Below are positions 38,960-49,044 of a stretch of DNA of 64,000 nt, one piece after another. The stretch covers positions 8,832 through 72,831 of the forward strand of contig CALVZG010000034.1 of assembly GCA_944372465.1 (NCBI GenBank). Direction: 5' to 3'. This stretch comes from an uncultured Clostridia bacterium (GTDB taxonomy: Bacteria; Bacillota; Clostridia; Christensenellales; UBA1242). Within the stretch, counting starts at the first letter, position 1; each line of letters opens with the position of its first letter. A model generated the notes under the pieces. The model saw only the letters and a list, made by a program, of their open reading frames with translations. It was not told the origin of the DNA and made no database searches. The translations under genes were made by a program, and so were the position numbers.

Positions 38960-39547
38960 ATGAAAAAATTAAATAGTATATTTTTTGATAAATTAAAAGA
39001 CTTACTCCTTTATTTGAGTGCTTTTGTTCCAATGTATATTTTGATTGCTACAAGGCTTATTATTGATATCATTAATGACAATCTTACTTTTAATGTACTT
39101 AATACTCTTAATATAATTTTATTATCATTATTAATAATTTTAGGGATTGTTGGGCTTATTATCAATATTTATCATAGCAAAGAAAGTTCTAAAGAAATTA
39201 TTATTCTTAAAAAACAAAATATCACTGATAGACATTTTTTAGGTTATTTCTCTCTATTTGTATTGTTTGCTTTGCAACTTGAACTTTCTTATGTTTGTGA
39301 TTTTGTTCTTTTTATTTTAATATTAATTTTGATAGGTGTTGTATATATTAAAAATTCTCTTTTTTATATTAATCCACTTTTAAATATATTAGGATATAAT
39401 TTTTATGATATTTATTACCTTGAAGTTTCTAGCCAAGAGCAAAAAGAGGCTAAAATTTTTTACAAAGGAGATTTAAAAGTTAATCAGAAATATCTTGTAA
39501 AATTTAAAAATGATAACTTTTCTTTTATTGATAAAAACAAAAAATAA
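38960..39547 (+). CDS. membrane protein (about 4 TM) with a soluble C-terminal tail, unassigned
   Basis: From the ORF track. TM segments such as LLYLSAFVPMYILIATRLII and NIILLSLLIILGIVGLIINI. No recognised domain. Confidence 0.5.
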   Translation: MKKLNSIFFDKLKDLLLYLSAFVPMYILIATRLIIDIINDNLTFNVLNTLNIILLSLLIILGIVGLIINIYHSKESSKEIIILKKQNITDRHFLGYFSLFVLFALQLELSYVCDFVLFILILILIGVVYIKNSLFYINPLLNILGYNFYDIYYLEVSSQEQKEAKIFYKGDLKVNQKYLVKFKNDNFSFIDKNKK

Positions 39548-39616
39548 TGATTTAAAATAATCATTATTTTTTATTGTTTGATTTTTTATTAGACTTTTTT
39601 ACTCTTTATATTTTTC

Positions 39617-40234
39617 TTATTTATTTTTATTATTTTTTTTAAAAACATTTAGAATTTTATTTGTTATTTTATCATTAAATACTATGAATTTATCCCAAAC
39701 AAATTCTGTTAAGAAATTGATAACCATCATAAGTAAAGTTACAAGAGTTCCATTCCACCCTATACTTTCAAGTGCTTCCCCTCCAAATACTGAAAAAGGA
39801 ATAAAAGCACAATAATATATAATTACTAAAGTCATTGCTATAGGTACATTACTTGCAGACTTAAATGTAAATTTTCTATTAAAAGTAAAATTCCAAATAA
39901 CTGATAATATTATACTTATTAGATATGACGGCCACCATGGCAAACAAGATGTCCATGTATAAAATAATTCAAAACTTACTAATTGAATAAATCCTGCCGA
40001 CAACGAAAAAGCGAGAAATTTTGCAAATTGAATAAACTGTTGCTTCTTTGTTAATTTTCCATCTTTTTGTTCAATAGTTTTATTATTTTCTTCAACTTGT
40101 AACATTTCACTCTCTGATTGACAAATATCTTTTATGTTGTTTGTTTCTTCTACATTTTCTTCTGGCAAAACTTCTATATCTTTTTGCTTTTCTATATTTT
40201 CTAATTCATCTTTATTTTGATTTTCTTTTTTCAT
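39617..40234 (-). CDS. GtrA-family membrane protein with an acidic N-terminal extension
   Basis: FIQFAKFLAFSLSAGFIQLVSFELF.. and ..SVIWNFTFNRKFTFKS, the GtrA signature. Confidence 0.7.
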   Translation of the reverse strand: MKKENQNKDELENIEKQKDIEVLPEENVEETNNIKDICQSESEMLQVEENNKTIEQKDGKLTKKQQFIQFAKFLAFSLSAGFIQLVSFELFYTWTSCLPWWPSYLISIILSVIWNFTFNRKFTFKSASNVPIAMTLVIIYYCAFIPFSVFGGEALESIGWNGTLVTLLMMVINFLTEFVWDKFIVFNDKITNKILNVFKKNNKNK

Positions 40235-40517
40235 TATTATTCCTTTTATGTAATACGACTAATGATTATAACATATTTTTCTTTTTTTGACAATCTTTCT
40301 TTTAATTCGATTTTATTTTTTTAAATTGTTTTCTTTATTTTATAAATCACTTGCCTTTTCCTTTATATTTATATATAATATACTATATATAATATATATA
40401 AGAGGAAATTTCTTTGATTTTTAAAGTTAACAAAATGCTTTTGATATTTGCTTTATTAAAATTTATATTTTTAACTTTTACTAAAACTATTGCCTCTTAT
40501 TTATTTAAGGAGATTTT

Positions 40518-42548
40518 ATGGAAGACAACAAAAATGATTTGCAAAACAAAAATAAAAAAGTAGTAGAAAATAAATCTGAAGATATAAATGAATTGAAAGA
40601 AGATATTGAAAAAGACGAAAAAGAAATTGGCAAATCCACAAAATATGATGCTGGGGATATTCAAGTCCTTGAAGGTCTAGAGCCGGTCAGAAAACGCCCC
40701 GGTATGTATATTGGTTCAACTGACGAGCATGGGCTTCATCATCTCGTTACTGAAGTTGTAGATAATTCTATTGACGAGGCTCTTGCTGGTTATTGCACTC
40801 AAATAGATGTCATCATCAATTTTGATGGCTCTTGCTCTGTTATTGATAATGGGCGTGGTATCCCTACTGGAATTATCCCTAAAGAAGGTAAAAGTGCTGT
40901 TGAAGTTGTCCTTACAAAACTGCACGCCGGCGGTAAATTTGGTGGAGAAGGTTATAAAATATCAGGCGGACTGCATGGTGTTGGTGTTTCATGTGTAAAT
41001 GCTCTTTCAAAATACATGAAGGCTGATGTTTACCAAAATGGTCAGCATTATAAAATTGAATTTTCTAGAGGTAAAGTTATTTCCCCTCTTGAGATTGTTG
41101 GCCCTACTGAAAAAAGAGGTACTACCATCACATTCTTGCCTGATGATGAGATTTTTGAAACTACAGTGTTCAACTTTGATACTATGAAAAATCGTTTTAG
41201 AGAAATTGCTTTCTTAAATAAAGGACTTGTTATTTCTATTGAAGATAAGCGAGAGGGACAACAACGAAAGGAAACTTTTGAATTTAAAGGTGGAATTGTT
41301 GAATTTGTTGACTACCTTAATAAAAATAGAGAGACTCTTCTTTCTGCACCTGTTTATTTTAATAAATTCAATAGAAATAATAATGGCGAATTAGAAAACG
41401 AGGTTGAAGTTTGTTTTCAATTTAATGAAGGTTATAGTGAAGTAATTAATGCCTATGCTAACAATATCAACACCGAAGAAGGTGGCACTCACCTTGACGG
41501 ATTTAAAGCAGGTCTTACTAAAGTTATTAATGATTATGCAATAGCAAATAAAATCATTAAAGATAATGAAAAACTTTCTGGTGAAGATTGTCGTGAAGGT
41601 ATTACTGCCGTTATAAGTGTTAAGTTGCGTAACCCACAGTTTGAAGGTCAAACTAAAACTAAACTTGGCAACAGCGAAATGAGAAATATCGTTTATAAGG
41701 CTATGATTGAAGAGTTTGGCGACTATCTTGATAATCACCCTGCTGAAGCAAAAAACCTTATTTTAAAATCTATTACAGCACAAAGGGCTAGAGATGCTGC
41801 TAGAAACGCTAGAGAATTGACAAGACGAAAAAGTGTACTTGAAAATACTACTCTCCCCGGCAAACTTGCTGATTGTAGTGAAAAAAATAGAAAGTGCTGT
41901 GAAATATACATTGTAGAGGGTGATTCTGCGGGCGGTACTGCTAAAACTGGTAGAGATAGAAGATTTCAGGCTATTCTTCCTTTAAGAGGTAAAATCTTAA
42001 ATGTTGAAAAAGCACGCTTAAATAAAATTCTTGAAAACAACGAAATTAAGTCTATGATTACTGCTTTCGGTTGCGGTATTGGTAGCGAATTTAACGAAGA
42101 TAAACTTCGTTACGATAAAATTATTTGCATGACTGATGCTGATGTCGATGGTGCTCATATTAGAATCTTACTTTTAACTTTCTTCTTTAGATATATGCGT
42201 CCGCTTATTGAACATGGTCATGTATATGCTGCTAAACCACCTCTTTATAAAGTTACTAGAAATAAAGAAGAACATTATTTCTACTCTGATGACGAACTTG
42301 AACAGTGGTATCAAGCAAATGGGCGTAAAGGCTGTGCTCAACAAAGATATAAAGGTTTAGGTGAAATGGATGCAGACCAACTTTGGGAAACTACTATGGA
42401 CCCTGAACATCGTATCCTTATTCAACTTACTATGGAAGATGCCATTGAAGCAGAAAAATATTTTAATGACCTTATGGGCGAAGATAGCGAACTGCGAAGA
42501 AAGTTTATTGAAGAAAATGCAACACTTGTTGATGACCTTGATATATAA
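40518..42548 (+). CDS. gyrB: DNA gyrase subunit B
   Basis: YDAGDIQVLEGLEPVRKRPGMYIGST, EVVDNSIDEA, LHGVGVSCVNALS, the Toprim EIYIVEGDSAGG, and PLRGKILNVEKA. Confidence 0.97.
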   Translation: MEDNKNDLQNKNKKVVENKSEDINELKEDIEKDEKEIGKSTKYDAGDIQVLEGLEPVRKRPGMYIGSTDEHGLHHLVTEVVDNSIDEALAGYCTQIDVIINFDGSCSVIDNGRGIPTGIIPKEGKSAVEVVLTKLHAGGKFGGEGYKISGGLHGVGVSCVNALSKYMKADVYQNGQHYKIEFSRGKVISPLEIVGPTEKRGTTITFLPDDEIFETTVFNFDTMKNRFREIAFLNKGLVISIEDKREGQQRKETFEFKGGIVEFVDYLNKNRETLLSAPVYFNKFNRNNNGELENEVEVCFQFNEGYSEVINAYANNINTEEGGTHLDGFKAGLTKVINDYAIANKIIKDNEKLSGEDCREGITAVISVKLRNPQFEGQTKTKLGNSEMRNIVYKAMIEEFGDYLDNHPAEAKNLILKSITAQRARDAARNARELTRRKSVLENTTLPGKLADCSEKNRKCCEIYIVEGDSAGGTAKTGRDRRFQAILPLRGKILNVEKARLNKILENNEIKSMITAFGCGIGSEFNEDKLRYDKIICMTDADVDGAHIRILLLTFFFRYMRPLIEHGHVYAAKPPLYKVTRNKEEHYFYSDDELEQWYQANGRKGCAQQRYKGLGEMDADQLWETTMDPEHRILIQLTMEDAIEAEKYFNDLMGEDSELRRKFIEENATLVDDLDI

Positions 42549-42724
42549 CATTATCTTTTTATATCGTCATTTTAAATTATTTGCTTAATCAAAAAAATTA
42601 TTTTTAAAAATAAAAAACATCAACAAATTTTATTAATTATAATTGGTTTTATTTATTTTATAATTTATTTATTTTATGTTTATTTTAAGTTTTATTTATT
42701 TAATATTTTAACGGGAGAAAATTA

Positions 42725-43249
42725 ATGAAAACATCTTTTTACTATAATTTAGATTTTATTGACCAAAAAAAATATAAACCTATTGCAATTTCTGGTGATG
42801 AGGGAAAGTTAGCAGGCTTTAAAGGAAAATCTATGCCTAGCCTTTCTCCATATCCTTTTTATAAAAAATGGAAAGAAAATGATGTAAAAATAAATAAAAG
42901 TTTTCGCAATGGAGAAATAAATACTCAAGATTTCATTAGTCTTAAACAAAAAAGTCGAGATGATTATATAGCCCAATTTTATAATTATGTTTTAAAACCA
43001 TTGAATCCTAACAAAGTTTATCAAGAACTTGGTGATAATTGTGTTTTATTGTGCTTTGAAAAACCTAATGAATTTTGTCATAGGTTTTTAGTTGCTTCTT
43101 GGCTTGAATTAACTCTTGGTATTCAAGTTAATGAATATGGTTTTGAAAAAAATCTTAATATCGAAATTAACAAAGAATTATATAAACAAAAACTTAAAGC
43201 GTTGATGGAAAAAGAAAGCGACAATGCAAATGATGAAAATCAATTATAA
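42725..43249 (+). CDS. hypothetical protein with a DUF488-like C-terminal motif (VLLCFEKPNEFCHRFLVASWL)
   Basis: From the ORF track, with RBS GGGAGAA. The LLC-E-x-P-x-x-CHR-x-L-x-x-W-L motif resembles the DUF488 family; the rest is not recognised. Confidence 0.45.
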   Translation: MKTSFYYNLDFIDQKKYKPIAISGDEGKLAGFKGKSMPSLSPYPFYKKWKENDVKINKSFRNGEINTQDFISLKQKSRDDYIAQFYNYVLKPLNPNKVYQELGDNCVLLCFEKPNEFCHRFLVASWLELTLGIQVNEYGFEKNLNIEINKELYKQKLKALMEKESDNANDENQL

Positions 43250-43417
43250 TAAAAACTTAAAACTATTTTAATTATAAAATAATATTTTATTAAAAATACA
43301 AATTTATATTATTAAAATTACATTATCAATATTTTATTATTTTAACTTTTATTTATCTTCAAAACTAATTTAAAATACATTTTTTAAATTAAATAATTAA
43401 TTATCTATGGAGGAATT

Positions 43418-45979
43418 ATGGATAAGCATGAAAGTAAAAAATCTTTGGAAGAAATCTTTCAAGATACTAAAATTGAAAAAGTCGATACTGTTGACAACCT
43501 TAAAAGGTCGTTTATCTCTTATGCAATGGCTGTTAATGTTTCTCGTGCCATTCCTGATGTAAGAGATGGGCTTAAACCTGTGCATAGGCGTATACTTTAT
43601 GCAATGGGTGAAATGAATAATTTCTATGACAAACCTACAAAGAAATGTGCTAGAATTGTCGGTGATGTTATGGGTAAATACCACCCTCATGGCGATAGTT
43701 CGGTCTATGATGCAATGGTTAGGCTTGCACAAGATTTCTCTATAAGATATCCTCTTGTTGATGGTCAAGGTAACTTTGGCTCTGTCGATGGCGACCCTCC
43801 TGCCGCTATGCGTTACACAGAAGCAAGGCTTTCAAAAATTGCTGGACTTATGCTTGAAGATATTGACAAAAATACTGTTGATTTCTATCCTAATTTTGAT
43901 AACACTCTTGAACAACCTGCCGTTCTTCCTTCAAAAATACCTAACCTTCTTATTAATGGTTCTGATGGTATTGCCGTTGGTATGGCTACTAATATACCTC
44001 CACATAATTTAACTGAAGTGTTAAACGGCCTGCAAGCACTTATTGATAATCCTGATATTGATATTGATGAACTAATCAAAATTATTCCAGCGCCTGACTT
44101 CCCTACAGGTGGAATTATTATGGGAAGAACTGCTGTGAAACACGCTTATAAAACAGGTCGTGGTGGCATTATCGTTAGAGGAAAAGCAGAAATTGAAGAA
44201 ACTAATAACGGGCGAAGTAGAATTATTATTACACAGTTACCTTATCAAGTAAATAAGGCTCAACTAATTATTCAAATTGCTGACCTTGTAAAAAACAAAA
44301 AACTTGACGGCATTAGTGATATTAAAGAAGAGTCAGACAGAAAAGGTATGCGTATTGTTATTGACATTAAAAAAGATTTTAATGCTCAAGTTGTTTTAAA
44401 TTCACTCTATAAACAAACTCAACTTCAAAAAAGCAGTGGTATTATTTTCCTTGCTCTTGTTAATGGCACCCCTAAAATTCTTAACCTTAAGGAAATGCTA
44501 TATTATTATCTTGAACATCAAAAAGAAGTTTTAACTCGTAAGACACAATATGAACTTGAAAAAGCAAAAGAAAGAGAGCATATTGTTAAAGGGCTTGTCA
44601 TTGCTCTGGCTAATATTGATGAAGTAATTGCAATCATTAAATCTTCTGACGATAAACAAGACGCTTCAATAAAACTTACTCAAAACTTTGAACTTGACGA
44701 AATTCAAGCAAATGCTATTCTTGAAATGAAACTTTCTAGACTTACATCTCTAGAGGTAGAAAAACTTAATGAAGAATTAAGACAACTTGATGCTCTTATT
44801 ATTGACCTTGAAGATATACTTGCCACCCCTGCTAGAATTCTAAAAATTTTAAGAGATAATTTTGAAAATATTAAAAATGAATATGGCGACAATCGTAAAA
44901 CTGAAATTAGTTTAGATGCAGGCGGCATTGACATTGCAGACCTGATAGAAAAAGAAGATGTTGTTATCTCTATGACTCATCAAGGTTATATTAAAAGAAT
45001 GTCTACAAGCGAATACAAGGCTCAAAATCGTGGCGGTGTTGGTGTCAATGCACATAAAACAAAAGAAGAAGATTATGTTGACATTATGTTTATTACAAAC
45101 ACTCATGACGACTTATTATTCTTTACTAACAAAGGTAGAGTTTATTGTATAAAGGCTTATGAAGTCCCTGAAGCACAAAGAACTGCTAAAGGACGAGCAA
45201 TAATTAACTTGTTAATGCTTAGTGAAGGCGAAAAAGTTTCCACGATTATACCTAGAAAAGATAATGCTTCCGGCAATCTTATAATGGCAACTAAACATGG
45301 ACTTATCAAAAAAACTAAACTTGAAGAATTTGAATCTATTAGAAAAGTTGGCAAAAAAGCAATACATTTACTTGAAAATGACGAACTTATAGGCGTTGAA
45401 ATCTCTTCTGGGCAAGATGATATTTTAATTGCTTCACACGAAGGTAAATGTATTCGTTTCAATGAAAATGATGTACGAAACATGGGTAGAGAAAGCCAAG
45501 GCGTGCGCAGCATGAAAATTAGCGAAAATGATTACATTGTCGATATGGCTATTGTTAAACAAAATTCTCAAATTGTAACTATTTCTGAAAATGGTTATGG
45601 CAAACGCTCTAATGTAGATGAATATAGGTTGCAAAGTCGTGGAGGAAAAGGTGTAAAAGCAGGTATTTTCAATAATAAAACCGGTAAACTTGTTGCTCTT
45701 AAACAATTAATCGAAAATGATGATATTATGCTTATTGCTGACAATGGTGTCATTATTAGAATTCCTATAAATCAAATTAGTTCACTTTCTAGAGTTAGTC
45801 AAGGCGTTAAAGTTATGAAACTTAAAGAAGAAAACAAAATTGTAGGTGTCGCTCTTGCTCAAAAAAATGAAGAAGATAGCACAATCACATATGATGAAAA
45901 CCAATCTTATGACGAACAAAATCTACAACAAAATGCAGTTCAAAGTGATAAAATTATAGAAGATAATGACGAAAATTAA
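43418..45979 (+). CDS. gyrA: DNA gyrase subunit A
   Basis: [53 protein letters not shown], and catalytic [10 protein letters not shown]. The C-terminal beta-pinwheel repeats are present. Confidence 0.97.
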   Translation: MDKHESKKSLEEIFQDTKIEKVDTVDNLKRSFISYAMAVNVSRAIPDVRDGLKPVHRRILYAMGEMNNFYDKPTKKCARIVGDVMGKYHPHGDSSVYDAMVRLAQDFSIRYPLVDGQGNFGSVDGDPPAAMRYTEARLSKIAGLMLEDIDKNTVDFYPNFDNTLEQPAVLPSKIPNLLINGSDGIAVGMATNIPPHNLTEVLNGLQALIDNPDIDIDELIKIIPAPDFPTGGIIMGRTAVKHAYKTGRGGIIVRGKAEIEETNNGRSRIIITQLPYQVNKAQLIIQIADLVKNKKLDGISDIKEESDRKGMRIVIDIKKDFNAQVVLNSLYKQTQLQKSSGIIFLALVNGTPKILNLKEMLYYYLEHQKEVLTRKTQYELEKAKEREHIVKGLVIALANIDEVIAIIKSSDDKQDASIKLTQNFELDEIQANAILEMKLSRLTSLEVEKLNEELRQLDALIIDLEDILATPARILKILRDNFENIKNEYGDNRKTEISLDAGGIDIADLIEKEDVVISMTHQGYIKRMSTSEYKAQNRGGVGVNAHKTKEEDYVDIMFITNTHDDLLFFTNKGRVYCIKAYEVPEAQRTAKGRAIINLLMLSEGEKVSTIIPRKDNASGNLIMATKHGLIKKTKLEEFESIRKVGKKAIHLLENDELIGVEISSGQDDILIASHEGKCIRFNENDVRNMGRESQGVRSMKISENDYIVDMAIVKQNSQIVTISENGYGKRSNVDEYRLQSRGGKGVKAGIFNNKTGKLVALKQLIENDDIMLIADNGVIIRIPINQISSLSRVSQGVKVMKLKEENKIVGVALAQKNEEDSTITYDENQSYDEQNLQQNAVQSDKIIEDNDEN

Positions 45980-46204
45980 GTTATATCGTTTTATAAAATA
46001 AAATAACTTGACTTTTATTGTAAAAAATGCTATCCTTTACAATCAAAACGACATCTCTCAAATTGTTTATTCGTTTAAGAGATTAAAATCAAAATTTTTA
46101 ATAAATAACTTTTGCCTATATTTAAAAACTTTAATTTATCTTATTAAAATAACTATCATTTTGTATTTTACTCGGTTTTTTTAATCTTCTAAACTATTTT
46201 ATTT

Positions 46205-46295
46205 GGGACTGTGAAGTAATTTTTAAACTTTAGTTTAAAAATTATCAAAACAACTTGTTGTTTTGATTGGAGCGAGAAGCTCCCCTTCACAGTCC
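46205..46295 (+). other. cloverleaf-like nested palindrome or structured-RNA candidate (closing helix plus three perfect hairpins) in the helD 5' region
   Basis: GGACTGTGAAG (46206-46216) pairs with CTTCACAGTCC (46285-46295). It encloses a 12-bp hairpin at 46217-46244, a 10-bp-arm hairpin at 46245-46266 and GGAGC-GAGAA-GCTCC at 46269-46283. Only 3 nt are unpaired at the junction. Confidence 0.45.
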
Positions 46296-46332
46296 TATTT
46301 GTATAAAAAGCAAAATATAAAGGAGGAATTTA

Positions 46333-48414
46333 ATGCTGGAACAAGAAAAAAAAGTTGAAAAAAAACATCTATCTAAAACTATAGAAATATTAAAGACAAA
46401 GATAGAAACAAATTCACAAGAATTAGATTTAATGAAAAAACAATTAAAACTTGGTATAACCAATCTTTCTGAAAATTTCTACGAAATTTCTAAAAGTGAT
46501 GGTTTAGATTTATCAACTACATTTAGTTCTCTTGCTGATATAGAAAGTTTTGAAAGTGATATTTTAAAAGAAAATAAAAAATTACATTTGCAATTAAAAA
46601 CTCCATATTTTGCTAGAATAGACTTCCAAGAAAAAAATAGAAAAAAAATACAAAAGATATATATTGGAATTGGCACTGTTTCAAAAAATAAAGTTATTTA
46701 TGTAGTCGATTGGAGAGCACCTATCTCTTCAATGTATTACGATTATAACCTTGGTCAAGCAGAATATATTATTCAAAATAAATCTCATTCAGGACAAATT
46801 CTTTTAAAACGACAATATAAAATTGAAGATGGTCAGTTGTTGTCTTACTTTGATACTGATATGACTATTAATGATGAAATCCTTCAAGAAATATTATCTC
46901 ATAATGTATCTACTAAAATGAAACAAATTGTTTCTTCTATTCAAAAAGAACAAAATTCTATTGTTAGAAAAGATAAAGATAATAATATTTTAGTACAAGG
47001 AGTTGCAGGTTCAGGAAAAACATCTATCGCCCTGCATAGAGCCGCTTATCTTTTATATAAACATAGGGGACAAATTAAAAGCAAAGATATTTTAATTATT
47101 TCCCCTAATAACATTTTTTCAAGTTATATCTCTGATGTTTTACCAGAACTTGGAGAAGATAATCTTGTTGAAACCACTTTTGAACAAATTGCTAGAGCAG
47201 AACTTAAAAAACCTATTCAATCAAGGGAAAATATGCTTGATGAAATAGCATCTAATCCAAAACAAAGTGTATTAGAGGAAATTTCTTATAAATCTTCTTA
47301 TGAATATCTTGATAATCTTCTTAGATTTTTAAAAGGTCCTTTTCTTGAAACTTTTACCCCTCAAAATCTTTCTTATATTGTAAGCGAAAAACTAGATAAT
47401 AGTGTAGAAACTATAGATTTCCCTGCAGAACAAACTAAAGAATTATTCTTTAAGACTTTTAAAGGGCTTGACTTATATGAAAGAATAAATAAAATTGCTT
47501 GGCAATATGCTATGGTATTTTCTGAACAACGCCATTATACAAAAGAACAAAATAAAGGTTTAAGAGATAGATTTAAAAAAATACTTTATAAATTTTTGCC
47601 TATTAGAGATGTCAATAAAGTTTTTGAAATCTTTATGGCTAGAGAAGGTTTTAGTAATACCAAAAAAACTAATATTGGTTATATGGATAAAGGAACTTAT
47701 CTTGCTATAAAATATTTTCTATATGGTTTTGACCATGATTTTTCTGCAAAATATCTTATAATAGACGAAATGCAAGATTTCACTCCTGTTGAAATTTATC
47801 TTTTCAAAAAACTTTGGTCATGTCCTTGTCTTGTTGTTGGTGATGTCCATCAATGTATTGAGAAAAATCCATCAAGTGAATACTTGCAAATCACTGCTGA
47901 TTTTTTAGGCTGTAATCTTATTGAACTTAATAAAACTTATCGTTCTACTAAAGAAATTGCTAAATTTGCAAATAAACTTATAGGTCTTAATGATATTGAA
48001 TTTGTAAATAGAAGCGGAAAAGAACCTTGCTTATATATTTCCTCTAACCAAATATTAACAATAAAAAATTTAATAGAAAATGAATGTAAAAGATACGACC
48101 ATATTGCTATTATTTGTAAATGCAATAAAGAAGCAAAGGAAATATATAAAAATTTAAAAGATAAATTAGATTGTGTCTTGCTTGAACAACCAGAAGATTA
48201 CAACAATCGTGTGTTAATCACAACTTGTGCAACTGCAAAAGGTATTGAATTTGATGCCGTTATTATACCTAATACAAGCGAAGATAATTATAATAACACT
48301 ATAGATAAAAATATTCTTTATGTTTCTTCAACAAGAGCACTTCACAAATTATTCTTTGTAACAGAAAATATACCAAGTTTACTCATTAAAGATATTGACA
48401 TTATAAAGGAATAA
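46333..48414 (+). CDS. helD: RNA polymerase recycling motor ATPase HelD (UvrD-like helicase IV family)
   Basis: HelD-specific N-terminal region TPYFARIDF..IYIGIG..VDWRAPISSMYYDY..LLKRQYKIEDGQL..FDTDMTINDEILQ. Walker A VQGVAGSGKTSIALHRAAYLLY, and IIDEMQDF. Confidence 0.88.
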   Translation: MLEQEKKVEKKHLSKTIEILKTKIETNSQELDLMKKQLKLGITNLSENFYEISKSDGLDLSTTFSSLADIESFESDILKENKKLHLQLKTPYFARIDFQEKNRKKIQKIYIGIGTVSKNKVIYVVDWRAPISSMYYDYNLGQAEYIIQNKSHSGQILLKRQYKIEDGQLLSYFDTDMTINDEILQEILSHNVSTKMKQIVSSIQKEQNSIVRKDKDNNILVQGVAGSGKTSIALHRAAYLLYKHRGQIKSKDILIISPNNIFSSYISDVLPELGEDNLVETTFEQIARAELKKPIQSRENMLDEIASNPKQSVLEEISYKSSYEYLDNLLRFLKGPFLETFTPQNLSYIVSEKLDNSVETIDFPAEQTKELFFKTFKGLDLYERINKIAWQYAMVFSEQRHYTKEQNKGLRDRFKKILYKFLPIRDVNKVFEIFMAREGFSNTKKTNIGYMDKGTYLAIKYFLYGFDHDFSAKYLIIDEMQDFTPVEIYLFKKLWSCPCLVVGDVHQCIEKNPSSEYLQITADFLGCNLIELNKTYRSTKEIAKFANKLIGLNDIEFVNRSGKEPCLYISSNQILTIKNLIENECKRYDHIAIICKCNKEAKEIYKNLKDKLDCVLLEQPEDYNNRVLITTCATAKGIEFDAVIIPNTSEDNYNNTIDKNILYVSSTRALHKLFFVTENIPSLLIKDIDIIKE

Positions 48415-48478
48415 ATTTACTATCTTAAATAATTCTTATTAACTTTCCTTTAAATTTTACTTCAAATTTCGATAAAAT

Positions 48479-48822
48479 TGTGGATAACTTTCAATATTTC
48501 GTTTATAATTATACAAAATATTATTTAATTTATGTATGATTTAATAACTAAATAAATGTTTTATTTCTTAACAAAAAAATTAAAATAAAAAAGTCAAGAA
48601 AATCATTAAGATTTTTAAAAATTATTTTTATTATTTTATTAAAAAAACAATATCAATTTCCTAAAATTACAAAATATTGATGTGGATATGTGGATAACTT
48701 ACCCATATTACTCATCAAAGTCGTCAAAATTCATGGTTTTGCATAAAAATAAGTGCTTTTGTATAATTATTTATATGTGGATATGTGGATAACTTCTTGT
48801 GGATAACTTTTGATTATCTACA
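48479..48822. promoter_or_regulatory. DnaA-box cluster (7 boxes) with an adjacent AT-rich tract; oriC-like or a secondary DnaA-box cluster
   Basis: Perfect TGTGGATAA (complement of TTATCCACA) at 48479-48487, 48689-48697, 48784-48792 and 48798-48806. One-mismatch TGTGGATAT at 48681-48689 and 48776-48784, and TTATCTACA at 48814-48822. The 21-nt string ATGTGGATATGTGGATAACTT occurs twice. Confidence 0.75.
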
Positions 48823-49044
48823 TGATTTTTACTTGTTTTAATTGCCAATTTTGCTTTTTATTTGCTTTTTCGCTTTGATTTTTTTATATTTTGTTTTATT
48901 ATTATAGAGTAATGTTATAATAGTAACTGCAAAAAGTCTTATCGTTGTTTTATTATATTTTTCTTTTGTAAAATTTTTTATTTTTACTGATTTAGACCAC
49001 TCTACCCTTTTTCAATATCTATTTTATTTTTCTAAGGAGTTTTT

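Noticed and set aside
40340-40400. TA-dinucleotide-rich tracts (also at 5941-5990) as possible repeats or Z-DNA elements
   Set aside because: This is simple low-complexity AT sequence inside divergent promoter regions. There is no defined unit or copy structure.
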